The notes beneath the pieces were generated by a model, which did no database searches, was not told where the DNA came from, and was given only the letters and a program-made list of their open reading frames with translations. From positions 77,282 through 141,281 of the forward strand of contig JAFZXM010000052.1 of NCBI GenBank assembly GCA_017616775.1: a DNA stretch of 64,000 nt, written 5' to 3'. The stretch comes from Bacteroidales bacterium (lineage in GTDB: Bacteria; Bacteroidota; Bacteroidia; Bacteroidales; WCHB1-69). Positions 63,030 to 64,000 of this stretch are shown here, in pieces (position 1 is the first letter of the stretch; each line of letters starts with the position of its first letter). Both the position numbers and the translations under genes were made by a program.

Positions 63030-63034
63030 AGGAG

Positions 63035-63757
63035 CTATTTCAATTGTTGTAAATAACTTTGTATTGTTTTTTCCAGACCCAAATACAAGGCATCGCAAAT
63101 TAATGCGTGTCCGATGGAGACTTCTAATAATCCCGGAATATTACGTTTGAAATATTGCAAGTTGGCCAACGACAAGTCGTGTCCGGCGTTCAAACCTATA
63201 CCTTGAAGATTGGCTTCTTGGGCAGTAGCTACAAAATCTTTGATGGCATTTTGCGGATGCTGGCTGAAATTACGGGCATAACTTTCGGTATAAAGTTCCA
63301 CTCTGTCGGTGCCTGTATCTTTTGCTGCAGAAATCATCATGGGATCGGCATCAATAAAAATGCTGGTTCTGATATTTTCTTTATGAAACATTTCTATAAC
63401 GGAACGGAGAAAATCCATGTGGGCGGGAATATTCCATCCGGCATTGGAGGTGAGGGCCTCGGGAGGGTCGGGGACCAAGGTGACTTGTGCGGGTTTTACG
63501 TCCAACACCAAATTGATGAATTTGTCTGAGGGGTAGCCTTCAATGTTGAATTCTGTGGTTACCGTTTTTTTTAAGTCATATACGTCTTGATAGCGGATAT
63601 GGCGTTCGTCCGGCCTCGGATGCACGGTGATGCCTTGGGCACCGAAACGTTCGCAATTGACAGCCGCTTCTATAACATCGGGAACATTGCCTCCGCGGGC
63701 ATTGCGCAATGTTGCAATTTTATTGATATTAACACTTAATTTGGTTTCGTTTGTCAT
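63035..63757 (-). CDS. pdxJ: pyridoxine 5'-phosphate synthase
   Basis: 240 aa. [29 protein letters not shown] and NAGHDL motifs. Confidence 0.92.
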   Translation of the reverse strand: MTNETKLSVNINKIATLRNARGGNVPDVIEAAVNCERFGAQGITVHPRPDERHIRYQDVYDLKKTVTTEFNIEGYPSDKFINLVLDVKPAQVTLVPDPPEALTSNAGWNIPAHMDFLRSVIEMFHKENIRTSIFIDADPMMISAAKDTGTDRVELYTESYARNFSQHPQNAIKDFVATAQEANLQGIGLNAGHDLSLANLQYFKRNIPGLLEVSIGHALICDALYLGLEKTIQSYLQQLK

Positions 63758-63835
63758 GTCAATGGATTTTATATGGCAAAAATAACATTTTTTTATGGAA
63801 TAGAATGTAAGGCAAATATAAATTCTGTCCCTTTG

Positions 63836-63999
63836 CTTACGGAATAAGGTGAGAATGTGTCCGGGGCGCGGAAGCCGGCATGGAGCCGGTGCTGTTGCTT
63901 ACGTGTATGGTGCATGTGGCTTCTGTTTGCCCCACGGAGGCTTTAATAAGGGCATTTCCCGGAGCGACAGCGGTAACCATGCCGGTGTTGTCCACTTGT
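63836..63999 (-). CDS. 3' end of a gene encoding a Big_2-like (bacterial Ig-like) domain; start lies beyond the window
   Basis: Minus-frame translation ..[32 protein letters not shown].. fits the Big_2 pattern. Stop hand-placed at 63836-63838. Too short for the ORF track. Confidence 0.3.
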
Positions 64000-64000
64000 G

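Overview
Bacteroidota-type chromosome segment. It is AT-rich, has TAnnTTTG -7 promoter boxes about 18-45 nt upstream of most real starts, lacks Shine-Dalgarno sites, and encodes proteins with T9SS C-terminal sorting domains. Most of it is housekeeping: GH94 enzyme, gcvT, rpmH (54 codons, missed by the ORF track), YfhO-like protein, yceD-rpmF, ligA, TonB-type OMP, aminotransferase, dnaK, folP, RfaE-like kinase, eno, phosphoglucomutase, tRNA-Leu(UAG), PPTase, THUMP methyltransferase, PpiD-like chaperone, mfd, TrmN6-like methylase, two adjacent T9SS cargo proteins, clpB and pdxJ. Several track ORFs begin at alternative codons upstream of their own -7 box, so I moved those starts downstream. The unusual part is a ~12.8 kb accessory island (about 15.65-28.47 kb), minus-strand except for its first gene, lying between an MBL-hydrolase gene and the dnaK terminator. 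It holds a decayed Fic/VbhA-like gene, RhuM, a translationally coupled four-gene SMC-ATPase + Toprim operon (divergent Wadjet/JetABCD-like), a DUF1016/YhcG PD-(D/E)XK nuclease, and two Fic proteins (class II with a wHTH; Bro-N fusion). The last four transcription units are each preceded by a copy of the same promoter-bearing intergenic repeat. Three of these are about 180-265 bp; the fourth, next to dnaK, is a ~55 bp promoter-proximal fragment. The two Fic genes are followed by a C-rich 3' module ending in CCTGCATTTTT, with one further orphan copy and a short remnant after yhcG. This resembles an integron-/rAID-like cassette array, but no recombinase is present in the window; only a possible relic is seen. 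I saw no rRNA, CRISPR, transposase or intact integrase. Motif coordinates were counted by hand and may be off by 1-2 nt. No database search or folding was run.
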